IMG/VR virus record: IMGVR_UViG_2700989099_000001 | Span: 64,547 to 128,546 of that record | Length of the DNA stretch: 64,000 nucleotides | Strand: one strand, 5' to 3' | DNA from: a virus | Lineage: Duplodnaviria; Caudoviricetes | Shown here: positions 9,251 to 17,627 of the stretch, in pieces | How positions within the stretch are numbered: the stretch's first letter is position 1 | How the letters are laid out: every line of letters starts with the position of its first letter | Translations under genes and position numbers: made by a program | Notes under the pieces: generated by a model | What the model was told of the DNA's origin: nothing | Databases searched by the model: none | The model's input: only the letters and a program-made list of their open reading frames with translations

Positions 9251-9604
9251 ATGGAATTAGAAAACGTAACACTCAAACAATTGCAAAATAAAGAAGTTGT
9301 TCCTTTACGTGAACAAGCTTTGGAATATTTTAGAAACTTAGAAAAATTTAAACGGAAACTTAACCGAGACGGACAAACTCACTATGATGTTTTAACGACA
9401 CCTGAAAACTTTACCGCAGAAGTTGCTGTTGTATTTTCTAACAATGAAGAAGTTGGTCTATCACGTAAACAAATCTATTCACAATTGATGTTCTTTGCGG
9501 ATGACGATATTGTAGTTGCTAGTCAATTATTTTATAAGTTGACATATGGTCAAATTAATTTTGTCAACTTAGAAAAAGAATTTACTATAGAAGAGGAAGA
9601 ATAA
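9251..9604 (+). CDS. Hypothetical protein
   Basis: ORF with RBS AGGAG. Confidence 0.7.
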   Translation: MELENVTLKQLQNKEVVPLREQALEYFRNLEKFKRKLNRDGQTHYDVLTTPENFTAEVAVVFSNNEEVGLSRKQIYSQLMFFADDDIVVASQLFYKLTYGQINFVNLEKEFTIEEEE

Positions 9605-9606
9605 TT

Positions 9607-9789
9607 ATGCTAGTTAGATTTAATTTTGATACAGATTATTTAGGAACAGATGAAGAAGAGGTTTTTGAATACGAAGATAGTACACCATCTGAAAAAATAA
9701 TGGATGACTTAGAAGCTTGGAGAGATGAACGTATAAGTTACTGGGCTGAAATTGTTGACGAAGACGGAGAAGTAATTGGAGAATTATAA
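9607..9789 (+). CDS. Small acidic hypothetical protein
   Basis: 60 aa, very D/E-rich, RBS GAGG. Confidence 0.7.
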   Translation: MLVRFNFDTDYLGTDEEEVFEYEDSTPSEKIMDDLEAWRDERISYWAEIVDEDGEVIGEL

Positions 9790-9794
9790 AAGAC

Positions 9795-9830
9795 AATCCT
9801 CTTGACAAACAAGGGGATTTATGTTATAAT
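9795..9830 (+). promoter_or_regulatory. Promoter embedded in hairpin
   Basis: AATCCTCTTG-ACAAA-CAAGGGGATT; TTGACA(9802)-17-TATAAT(9825). Confidence 0.8.
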
Positions 9831-9836
9831 ATAATA

Positions 9837-10568
9837 ATGAAGGAGGACTATAATGAATTGAATAAAACATTTATCAATAAACGTGGACATGAATATTCCA
9901 TTATAAGTGAACCATTTAAAAGAAACAGTCAATGGTTTGTTGGAATTAGATTTACGGATACTGGAAGTATTAGATTTGTTAGAAAAACAATTGCTCTGGC
10001 TGGTCAAGCCAAAGACATGTATGCAAAAGATGTCTATGGTGTAGGTTGTAAAGGTGACACTAAAAAAGTTGGAAATGAAAGACAATATCAAATTTGGAGA
10101 AACATGCTTTCACGTTGTTACGTTGAAAGAGATGAAAAATACCACGTTTACGGTGGGGCAGGAATTACTGTTGCTGAACGCTGGTTATGTTTTGAAAACT
10201 TTGTTAATGATTTGCCTGACTTGCTAAACTATGATGAAGAACTTTTCTTTTCTGGGAAACTTCAACTTGACAAAGATTTAATCTGTGAAGAAGAAGGAAT
10301 TTCTCCTAAGATTTATTCAAAGGACACTTGTTTATTCTTAACGCATAAAGAGAATATTGCTCTTCAACGTGGTAAATCAAAACCCAAATCACTTCCTGAC
10401 AAACCTATCATTAAAGCCACAAATATTGAAACTGGCGAAGAGGAATTAGTTTATGATGTTGTCAATTATTGTAAGGAAAAAGGACTTGGGAAGACATCTA
10501 TTTATCGTAGACTAAATGGGGAAACTAAAAACAAAAGCTACAAAGGCTTTATATTTGAAAGGATTTAA
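9837..10568 (+). CDS. HNH-type homing endonuclease with C-terminal NUMOD1-like DNA-binding region
   Basis: YQIWRNMLSRCY..YGGAGITVAERWLCFENF..LDKD..YSKDTCLF; free-standing directly upstream of nrdF. Confidence 0.8.
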   Translation: MKEDYNELNKTFINKRGHEYSIISEPFKRNSQWFVGIRFTDTGSIRFVRKTIALAGQAKDMYAKDVYGVGCKGDTKKVGNERQYQIWRNMLSRCYVERDEKYHVYGGAGITVAERWLCFENFVNDLPDLLNYDEELFFSGKLQLDKDLICEEEGISPKIYSKDTCLFLTHKENIALQRGKSKPKSLPDKPIIKATNIETGEEELVYDVVNYCKEKGLGKTSIYRRLNGETKNKSYKGFIFERI

Positions 10569-10569
10569 A

Positions 10570-11552
10570 ATGACAAAAAGTAAATTAACACAAGCCATCA
10601 ATTGGAATCGAATTTCTGACCCTGTTGACCGTGCAACTTGGGATAAACTAATCGAACAGTTTTGGGTTAGCTCACGTGTACCAGTTTCGAACGATATGGG
10701 AGATTGGAATAAATTATCTGCCCCAGAAAAAGACCTTTATAATAGAGTATTTGGTGGACTTACTCCTTCTTGATACATTACAAGGGGAAATTGGAAACAA
10801 TGAAATTGCAAAAGACTCTCGTACTCAACAAGAAATGGCTGTCTTTCGGAATATCGCATTCATGGAGGAAATTCACGCAGAGTCATATTCAACTATTTTC
10901 TCTACTTTCTGTACTATGAAAGAAATTGATGGTATTTTTGATTGGACTGCAACAAATCCATATATCGTTCGCAAAACAGAAAATCGTTCAAGATATCTAT
11001 GAAAATGGAACTCCTCTACAAAAGAAAGTTGCATCAGTCTTCTTGGAGTCATTTCTGTTCTACTCAGGGTTCTTTACACCCTTGTATTATGCAGGACTTG
11101 GAAAGATGAAAAATACAGCAGAAATTATTAAACTTATTCTTCGTGATGAATCTGTCCACGGTGCTTACATTGGATATAAGCATAAATTAGGATTCGCAGA
11201 ATTAACAGAAACTGAGCAAGAGGAACATGAAGAATGGACATTTAATTTGCTCGATAAGCTCTATCAAAATGAATTGAAATACACTGAACTTCTTTATGAT
11301 ACTGTGGGTTATACAGAGGACGTGAAACAATTCCTTAAGTACAATGCAGACAAGGCTCTTATGAATCTTGGATTTGATACTTTGTTTGAAGTTGGTCGTG
11401 AAGATATCAACCCTCTCGTAATGAATGGTATTTCAACTGAAACAGCTAACCATGATTTCTTCTCAGCGGTAGGTAATGGGTATCTCCTAGGGGAAGTTGA
11501 AGCTATGAAAGATGATGACTATGCTTTGATTAAAGAAAAACTTAATAAATAA
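10570..11552 (+). CDS. nrdF: Class Ib ribonucleotide reductase beta subunit (two apparent +1 sequencing frameshifts near 10765 and 10975)
   Basis: AINWN, GLT/LLDTLQ, MEEIHAESY, FLESFLFYSGF, RDESVHG, NHDFFS spread over three overlapping ORFs. Confidence 0.93.
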
Positions 11553-11559
11553 AAAATGC

Positions 11560-11595
11560 AGAGGGCTTGACAAGTCCTCTTTTTTATGATATAAT
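11560..11595 (+). terminator. Terminator fused with promoter
   Basis: AGAGGGCTT-GAC-AAGTCCTCT then T-run; TTGACA(11567)-17-TATAAT(11590). Confidence 0.85.
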
Positions 11596-11630
11596 ATTAT
11601 TATCAAACATTTAAGGAGAACAAACATAAT

Positions 11631-12200
11631 ATGGGTTTACCAAACAATCAAAACTATACCCCTACAGTACACTATTTAGAAAGGATGTCAGAACGATTTA
11701 ATATTAAAACAAACTTAGAGTCTATGAACTTTTTTAAACAACAAGTTGATACTTTAGAGTATGCTGGAAAAAATACTACTAAGCTTGGTGTGTGCGAAGT
11801 TTGGGCGAATGATAAAGTAACTTTTATTCTTGATGTTCAAAATAAGAGAATTGTAACAGTTTATAAAACTGGAAGCATTGAAATTCAGGTTGATGATGCA
11901 CCTGTAGAAAAATCCGAACAATCTTTCGAAAATCCACTATCATTGTTCGGAAATGAACAGATTAATAATATAATCTTTGATGAATTGTTCGGAAATGTCG
12001 AACAAACTTTTGAAAAAATCTCAAATTTAACAAGTAAAATCACGATTTTACATGAGAAGATGCAAAAGACAAGTCGTAAAGATTACAAGGCTAAACAAAT
12101 GGATGAAGCTCATGAAATCATGTATGAACTTGCACGTCAAATTAAAGCATGTAGTCAAAAAGAAAATGAAATTAACAAATTTAAAGAAAGACTTGGGTAA
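11631..12200 (+). CDS. Hypothetical protein
   Basis: ORF with RBS AAGGAG; N-terminal TVHYLERMSERF motif. Confidence 0.75.
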   Translation: MGLPNNQNYTPTVHYLERMSERFNIKTNLESMNFFKQQVDTLEYAGKNTTKLGVCEVWANDKVTFILDVQNKRIVTVYKTGSIEIQVDDAPVEKSEQSFENPLSLFGNEQINNIIFDELFGNVEQTFEKISNLTSKITILHEKMQKTSRKDYKAKQMDEAHEIMYELARQIKACSQKENEINKFKERLG

Positions 12201-12205
12201 CTATT

Positions 12206-12475
12206 ATGGAAGATAAAATTTCAACACTAGCAGAAGTTAATAAACTTATTGACGAATATAATGAATTTTCCGATAGATTTAATGAAGATTTTGACGAATA
12301 TAATGAATTTTCTGATAACCTTAATGAAGATTGGGAAACGGCATTCTTTATGATGTTAAAAATTCATGAATCAGACAGCAAACGAACAGGAAAGATTCTT
12401 GATGTTCTCTTTGATAACCTCGATGATTTGCCTAAACCAGTCATTGAGGTAATGCAAAAATATTCAAATCTCTAA
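12206..12475 (+). CDS. Hypothetical acidic protein
   Basis: ORF with internal 14-aa duplication. Confidence 0.7.
   Translation: MEDKISTLAEVNKLIDEYNEFSDRFNEDFDEYNEFSDNLNEDWETAFFMMLKIHESDSKRTGKILDVLFDNLDDLPKPVIEVMQKYSNL
12249..12332 (+). repeat. 42-bp tandem duplication, 2 copies
   Basis: TTGACGAATATAATGAATTTTC(C/T)GATA..TTAATGAAGATT x2. Confidence 0.9.
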
Positions 12476-12500
12476 CGTAATAATTTGAAAGGAAAATAAA

Positions 12501-12776
12501 ATGGAAGCAATTGATGTTGAATTTACTATAGGTGTTGATGAAGACTGGGATGAAAAATTCCGATTGTTAACAATGAATTGTTATTACGATTTTGATATTT
12601 CTCAAAAACTAGAAATGCTTGATGCTATTCGCAAAGGGCTTATTGAAGAAGAAATCCGCAAAGTAACAAACATTATTAATACTCTGCATCATTCAACACA
12701 TAACTCTGATGAATTAACAAAACTCATTGAGGTGCAAACAAAATTATTAGAAGGATTAAAAAATAATGGAAATTAA
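12501..12776 (+). CDS. Hypothetical protein
   Basis: ORF with RBS AAAGGA. Confidence 0.7.
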   Translation: MEAIDVEFTIGVDEDWDEKFRLLTMNCYYDFDISQKLEMLDAIRKGLIEEEIRKVTNIINTLHHSTHNSDELTKLIEVQTKLLEGLKNNGN

Positions 12777-13680
12777 AGATGTAGTAATTATTGGTGGTGG
12801 AGTCGCAGGTACAACTGTGGCTTTATATCTTGCTCGTGCAGGATTCGAACCTGTCTTATTAACAGACGGTGAAATTGGTGGGAATCTTAATTCTATTGAT
12901 ACCATTCAAAATTACGTTGGAATTTATAACGCAAAAGGTAATAATATTGCAGAAGCAATCTACACTCAACTTTATCAAGCTGGAATCATCAATAATGTTA
13001 AAGAAGATACAAAAGTAACTAATGTTTCCAAAGATAAGAATGGTATTTATCTGATTACATATGAAAACCTCCTAGGTGCTGAGGATACTATTCTATCTAA
13101 AAACCTTGTCATTGCAACAGGTCAACACAATCTCAAACTTCCAATTGATGTAGAACAACACAACTGTGTTTTATGTGATGGTTTTATGTTTAAAGGTGAA
13201 CCAGTAGTTGTAATTGGTGGTGGAAATTCTGCTTTAACAGAAGCGATTGAACTTGCTAAAACATCAAGTAAAGTTTATCTCGTTACTCGTAGACCTGAGT
13301 TCCGTGCAGAACAACATTTGCAAAATGAAATCAAAAAACATGATAACATTGTTCATTCAGTAGGAAATCTTAAATCTGTGGTTGGGGATTCATATATCTT
13401 TGATACTCACACACTCATTGCAAAAGGACTTTTTGTTTATATTGGTTCAAAACCTAATACACAGTTTATGGAAGACGAATTAATTCTAACAGATAGCGGA
13501 CATATTGATACAATAGGATACAATGCTTTAGTTGGTGTTAAAGGTAGTCGTCACATGGATATTGACCGTAATTTATATATTGTTGGAGATGTGAATGGAA
13601 CGGTTGAAGCAAAGCAATTTGGTATTGCTATTGGTCAAGCCACAGAAGTCGCAGTTCGGCTTATTAAAAAATTGTCATAA
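12766..13680 (+). CDS. trxB: Thioredoxin reductase
   Basis: DVVIIGGGVAG, IATG, CVLCDG, VIGGGNSA..EA, VGDV. Confidence 0.92.
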   Translation: MEIKDVVIIGGGVAGTTVALYLARAGFEPVLLTDGEIGGNLNSIDTIQNYVGIYNAKGNNIAEAIYTQLYQAGIINNVKEDTKVTNVSKDKNGIYLITYENLLGAEDTILSKNLVIATGQHNLKLPIDVEQHNCVLCDGFMFKGEPVVVIGGGNSALTEAIELAKTSSKVYLVTRRPEFRAEQHLQNEIKKHDNIVHSVGNLKSVVGDSYIFDTHTLIAKGLFVYIGSKPNTQFMEDELILTDSGHIDTIGYNALVGVKGSRHMDIDRNLYIVGDVNGTVEAKQFGIAIGQATEVAVRLIKKLS

Positions 13681-13694
13681 TTATGACTTTATTC

Positions 13695-13723
13695 TTGACA
13701 TATATTATTAATTATGGTATAAT
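13695..13723 (+). promoter_or_regulatory. sigma70 promoter
   Basis: TTGACA-17-TATAAT with TG; 14-bp palindrome GTCATAATTATGAC at 13674-13687. Confidence 0.85.
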
Positions 13724-13758
13724 ATTATTAATAATATGTTTAGGAAGGAGAACATTGA

Positions 13759-14439
13759 ATGGGTTCGAAAAGCGAACTGAGATTTGATAACTTAGAAAAT
13801 ATGGATAATATCCTTATTTTTGTTGGTTCGAGTGGAAGTGGTAAATCAACTCTTGTAGAACATATCAGAAAAAATCTAGGTATTCCTCAACTTGTCACTA
13901 CTACAACACGTAATAAGAGACATAATGAAAAAGAAGGAAAAGATTATCACTTTGTTGAATTTGAAGAGTTTAACCGTCTAGTTGATAATGAGTCTTTTTT
14001 AGAGACTACAAACTATTCTGGTAATTTATATGGTTTAACTAAAGAAGAAATTGATAAAAATTCTAATAATGTATCAACCATTATTACAGATATTGATGGT
14101 GCTCGTACACTAGCAAATCTGTATCCAGACCGTGTTATGGTATTTTGGATGAAAAGTACACCTCTTAATCTCGTCAAAAGATTAAGAAAACGCGGTGAAA
14201 GTTGGTTCACAATCATGACTAGATTGTTTAATGCTTATCGTTCTAATGAGTTTACCGCTCCATCATCGAAGTTTGTTGATGTAACATTTACGGTTATTCA
14301 TTCAGAAGATGATATCGTTAATAATTTCGGAATAGTTTACTACAAGCTACTAACAGATGAGTTCAAAAAGAACACAGATTATTTACAAAAACTAGAAAAA
14401 GAAAAGGAACTAAACAATGGCAGAAAGACGCTACTATAA
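13759..14439 (+). CDS. gmk: Guanylate kinase-like protein
   Basis: GSSGSGKS, TTTTRNKR..EGKDYHF, YSGNLYG. Confidence 0.88.
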   Translation: MGSKSELRFDNLENMDNILIFVGSSGSGKSTLVEHIRKNLGIPQLVTTTTRNKRHNEKEGKDYHFVEFEEFNRLVDNESFLETTNYSGNLYGLTKEEIDKNSNNVSTIITDIDGARTLANLYPDRVMVFWMKSTPLNLVKRLRKRGESWFTIMTRLFNAYRSNEFTAPSSKFVDVTFTVIHSEDDIVNNFGIVYYKLLTDEFKKNTDYLQKLEKEKELNNGRKTLL

Positions 14440-15160
14440 AGCAGGAGAACAAGTATGGTCAAATAAAGATGGCGCAGTTGCTATCGTCAAAAGTGTAGAT
14501 ACTGTAAATAAGGAAATGACAGTTTATCTCCTTGATGAAAAAGGTAAGACAACTACAGTTACACGTAACCTCTGGGAATTTGATAAACTTCGTGGATTTA
14601 ATAAATATGAAGCTGGAACAATTGGTTTTGCTAAATTCCGTCCAACAGCTAAAATCCCTACTAAGAATCATTTTGAAGATGCGGGATTTGATGTTTATTT
14701 AGATATTCCTAAAAAACACAAATGGAAAGATTTGTCAGGTCAAGAACATGACTCATGGAATAATGGAGTCCTCTCACTTCATATCTTCAAAGGTAAACCA
14801 ACTCTATTACCAACTGGTGTTGGTGTAAAAGTTTCAGAAGACTACTATACTGATTGGGCTAATGAACGTGGTTCAACTGGTTTACAAGGTATGGCTACAC
14901 TTTCAGGTGTTGTTGATGCAGGATATCGTGGTGAAGTATTTCTTGATATTGCTCCAACTTATAAAGATATTATTATCACAAATGCCTATCAGGATGTTAA
15001 AGAAACTAATGATGAAATCTTCTTCCCAATTACAAAAGCTGTTGCTCAAATGATTGTACGTGATAATTTACATTTACGTGAATATGAATTATCTATTGAT
15101 GATTTTAAAGATGAAGTAACTAATCGTGGAGATTCTAAGCTAGGTGCTTCTGGAAAATAA
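14417..15160 (+). CDS. dut: Trimeric dUTPase with N-terminal extension
   Basis: Motifs DAGFDV, ERGS, GVVDAGYRGE, VAQM, RGDSKLGASG. Confidence 0.9.
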   Translation: MAERRYYKAGEQVWSNKDGAVAIVKSVDTVNKEMTVYLLDEKGKTTTVTRNLWEFDKLRGFNKYEAGTIGFAKFRPTAKIPTKNHFEDAGFDVYLDIPKKHKWKDLSGQEHDSWNNGVLSLHIFKGKPTLLPTGVGVKVSEDYYTDWANERGSTGLQGMATLSGVVDAGYRGEVFLDIAPTYKDIIITNAYQDVKETNDEIFFPITKAVAQMIVRDNLHLREYELSIDDFKDEVTNRGDSKLGASGK

Positions 15161-15169
15161 AGAATATAT

Positions 15170-15192
15170 AAAACTAGCTTCGGCTAGTTTTT
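15170..15192 (+). terminator. Intrinsic terminator
   Basis: AAAACTAGC-TTCG-GCTAGTTTTT. Confidence 0.9.
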
Positions 15193-15200
15193 CGTTTCTC

Positions 15201-15229
15201 TTGACAAATTAGAAAAAATATGATATAAT
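15201..15229 (+). promoter_or_regulatory. sigma70 promoter of subtilase operon
   Basis: TTGACA-17-TATAAT with TG. Confidence 0.85.
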
Positions 15230-15256
15230 ATTATTATAACAAAAAAGGAGAAAATA

Positions 15257-16018
15257 ATGAACTTAAAGCAATACTTAAAATTAACTGGCTTTGATAGTCC
15301 TGAGCCAAAAGGTGTTAACATTGCAATTATTGATAGTGGATTTAATACACGAAATAAAAATGTGAAATACAGATTTAATGCTTTTGACAAATCAGATAAC
15401 GTAAAAGATGAACGTGGACATGGTACTGCCATTCTTGATGTTATCAGTACGGTTTCACCAAACTCAAACTTCTACTTATTTAAAGCTTTAGATAAAGATG
15501 GAAAAGGAACTATGTCATCAATCTATGAATCATTAATTCGTGTACGAGATATTGAAGAAATTGATGTTGTCTGTATGAGTTTTAGTAGTTTTCAAAAACT
15601 TAGTATTACAACTGAAAAAGCAATTAAAGAATGCCTTGAAAATAAAAAGATTCTCGTATCAGCATTGGGTAATGATGAACGTAAACAAGATACTTATCCA
15701 AGTGCTGTGGAAGGGGTATATAAAGTAGGTGCACTTTCTGAAAGTGCAACCTCACGTTACCCCTTATCAAACTATTCTCCAACAACTCACTTTGTAGCAT
15801 TAGGTGAAAATATTCGTGCTAACAAAGAACTACGTGAAGGTACAAGCTTTGCAACCGCTATTGTTGTTGGACAAATTGCAGAGATTATGTCTCACTATCA
15901 AATTAATAAAGAAGAAGTTGATTATAAGTTATTTGAAGATTTATTCTTATCTAGTTCATCACGGACTATGGATATGGCTAAAGGTCATCTTCTTAAAGGA
16001 GGTAACGATGGCTTTTAG
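15257..16018 (+). CDS. Subtilisin-like (S8) serine protease
   Basis: Catalytic triad motifs AIIDSG, GHGT, GTSFAT plus oxyanion SALGN; no signal peptide visible. Confidence 0.88.
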   Translation: MNLKQYLKLTGFDSPEPKGVNIAIIDSGFNTRNKNVKYRFNAFDKSDNVKDERGHGTAILDVISTVSPNSNFYLFKALDKDGKGTMSSIYESLIRVRDIEEIDVVCMSFSSFQKLSITTEKAIKECLENKKILVSALGNDERKQDTYPSAVEGVYKVGALSESATSRYPLSNYSPTTHFVALGENIRANKELREGTSFATAIVVGQIAEIMSHYQINKEEVDYKLFEDLFLSSSSRTMDMAKGHLLKGGNDGF

Positions 16019-16529
16019 TGATGAGTTTGAATTTAATTACCTAAAAACAATGTATGCTAGTGGATATAGTCTTGAAAACATTGACAAATATCTATCAGAT
16101 TCAGGACATACTGCTCAGGATTTCATCAACGAACTAATTTTACGTGAAGTGACAGTTAGTGAAACTAAGAAAACTGGTAAACGTTTATCAGAAGACTTGA
16201 AAAAACTAATTGCACAGCGTGACGGAAATGGAATCTCCCGTACAGAAATCTTTAAAGAACTTAATCTTAATTTTGTAACTGTTCGTAGAGCTTGTGAGAA
16301 GTATGGTTCTGCAAACAAATATAATGGACGAGTGTCATATCGTGATATTTATGAGGTTGTTCCTTTTGCTATTAAGCGTGTGACAGATGGAATCACTTGT
16401 CCTATCTGTAGAGGACGTGCTAATAGTACAGAGGGCTCTCCTGATATTTTCTTTTGTGTTAAATGCTTAGAAGAATATACTATTCGTCATCAAAAATTAT
16501 ATCGTACACGTTGGGAAAATGTTGACTAA
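16008..16529 (+). CDS. Putative HTH plus zinc-ribbon protein
   Basis: GISRTEIFKELNLNFVTVRRAC; CPIC..CVKC; RBS AGGAGG. Confidence 0.65.
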   Translation: MAFSDEFEFNYLKTMYASGYSLENIDKYLSDSGHTAQDFINELILREVTVSETKKTGKRLSEDLKKLIAQRDGNGISRTEIFKELNLNFVTVRRACEKYGSANKYNGRVSYRDIYEVVPFAIKRVTDGITCPICRGRANSTEGSPDIFFCVKCLEEYTIRHQKLYRTRWENVD

Positions 16530-16573
16530 AAATAAAATAAAAAAAAAAAAAAAAGAACACAAGGAGAAATAAA

Positions 16574-17206
16574 ATGACATACCAATTGAAAGTAATTTAC
16601 CCTAAACAAGAATCTATTGAATCAAATAAATTCACTGAACGTAGCCATAACGAGTTGATTGATGATGTATCTGCTGAGGATGCAATTAAGACTTATAAAG
16701 ACTTGCTGTTACAAGGATACTCTATCGCAACATCATTTACACCACCAGAAATTGTAGAAGATGAAAATTTTGATGCATTTGTTGTAGCTAAAAATCTTGA
16801 ATTGGCAGGGTTACAATATACAGCAACCATCAAGCTCAAAAGTAAAACAGATTACGAGGGTGCTAAAGAGATTACTAGGGTTATTGAACAACAAGGGTTT
16901 GATTATTCAGTGACAGCTAAATTAAATATTAACGAAAATTCACCTGTAGACTTTGAAAAGGAAAGTACTTGGTTTGATTCTGAATACGCTTCATACTCTG
17001 TATTACCTAAAGCTAAAAGCTACGACATTATGGATTTAAAATCTCTATATGAAACACTATCAGATATGAATCTAAAAGTGTCAATCGGTCTTAAGATGCG
17101 TACTAAAAAAGACAACGATGAGGTTTTTGAACAGCAACTGGATTCTTATCCAGATGACACACTTATTATTTTAAAACTAAAGGATGGAGATATATATGGT
17201 GAATAA
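16574..17206 (+). CDS. Hypothetical protein
   Basis: ORF with RBS AAGGAG. Confidence 0.8.
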   Translation: MTYQLKVIYPKQESIESNKFTERSHNELIDDVSAEDAIKTYKDLLLQGYSIATSFTPPEIVEDENFDAFVVAKNLELAGLQYTATIKLKSKTDYEGAKEITRVIEQQGFDYSVTAKLNINENSPVDFEKESTWFDSEYASYSVLPKAKSYDIMDLKSLYETLSDMNLKVSIGLKMRTKKDNDEVFEQQLDSYPDDTLIILKLKDGDIYGE

Positions 17207-17531
17207 AGTATATGCTGATGCCATATTATTAAAGTATGAACAAGGTGAATATGAAGACTATGAACTAGTAGTTTTTAATGTTTTAGATAAAAATTCAACA
17301 CTACTAGAGATTACTGATGTTGCAAAGTTATTCTTAAAAGAGTATGTTCATAATGAAGATTACCTATCTTATACTGGAATGACGATATTTGCTGAACATT
17401 GGAAAAACGGAAAAATGGTAAAGAATATTAAAATAGGTAACGTTCACGATGATGACGATAGAGATGGTTTACCAGTTTGGAAATGCGATTGGGAAATTGA
17501 TGAAACTGAATACTTTTATCCATATGGTTAA
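17196..17531 (+). CDS. Hypothetical protein
   Basis: ORF; start chosen by RBS GGAG. Confidence 0.7.
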   Translation: MVNKVYADAILLKYEQGEYEDYELVVFNVLDKNSTLLEITDVAKLFLKEYVHNEDYLSYTGMTIFAEHWKNGKMVKNIKIGNVHDDDDRDGLPVWKCDWEIDETEYFYPYG

Positions 17532-17537
17532 TAAATT

Positions 17538-17586
17538 AAAATAGTTAGGGCTTAGTCTTGACTATTTTTTTGTTTTATGATATAAT
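17538..17586 (+). terminator. Terminator fused with dnaE promoter
   Basis: AAAATAGTTAGGGC-TTA-GTCTTGACTATTTT; TTGACT(17558)-17-TATAAT(17581). Confidence 0.8.
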
Positions 17587-17627
17587 AGATATATAACAAA
17601 ATATTTAAAAAATATAGGAGGAATTGA

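Noticed and set aside
10755-10985. nrdF split into three ORFs (pseudogene, intron or programmed frameshift)
   Set aside because: Removing one C (ACTCCTT) and one A (CGCAAAACAG) restores a normal-length NrdF with no intervening sequence; same error pattern as elsewhere
10570-11552. Metal-free class Ie RNR
   Set aside because: The D, ExxH, E and DExxH metal ligands are all present, consistent with class Ib
16538-16554. A17 run as a phase-variable tract
   Set aside because: Intergenic, and its length is unreliable given the homopolymer errors in this assembly
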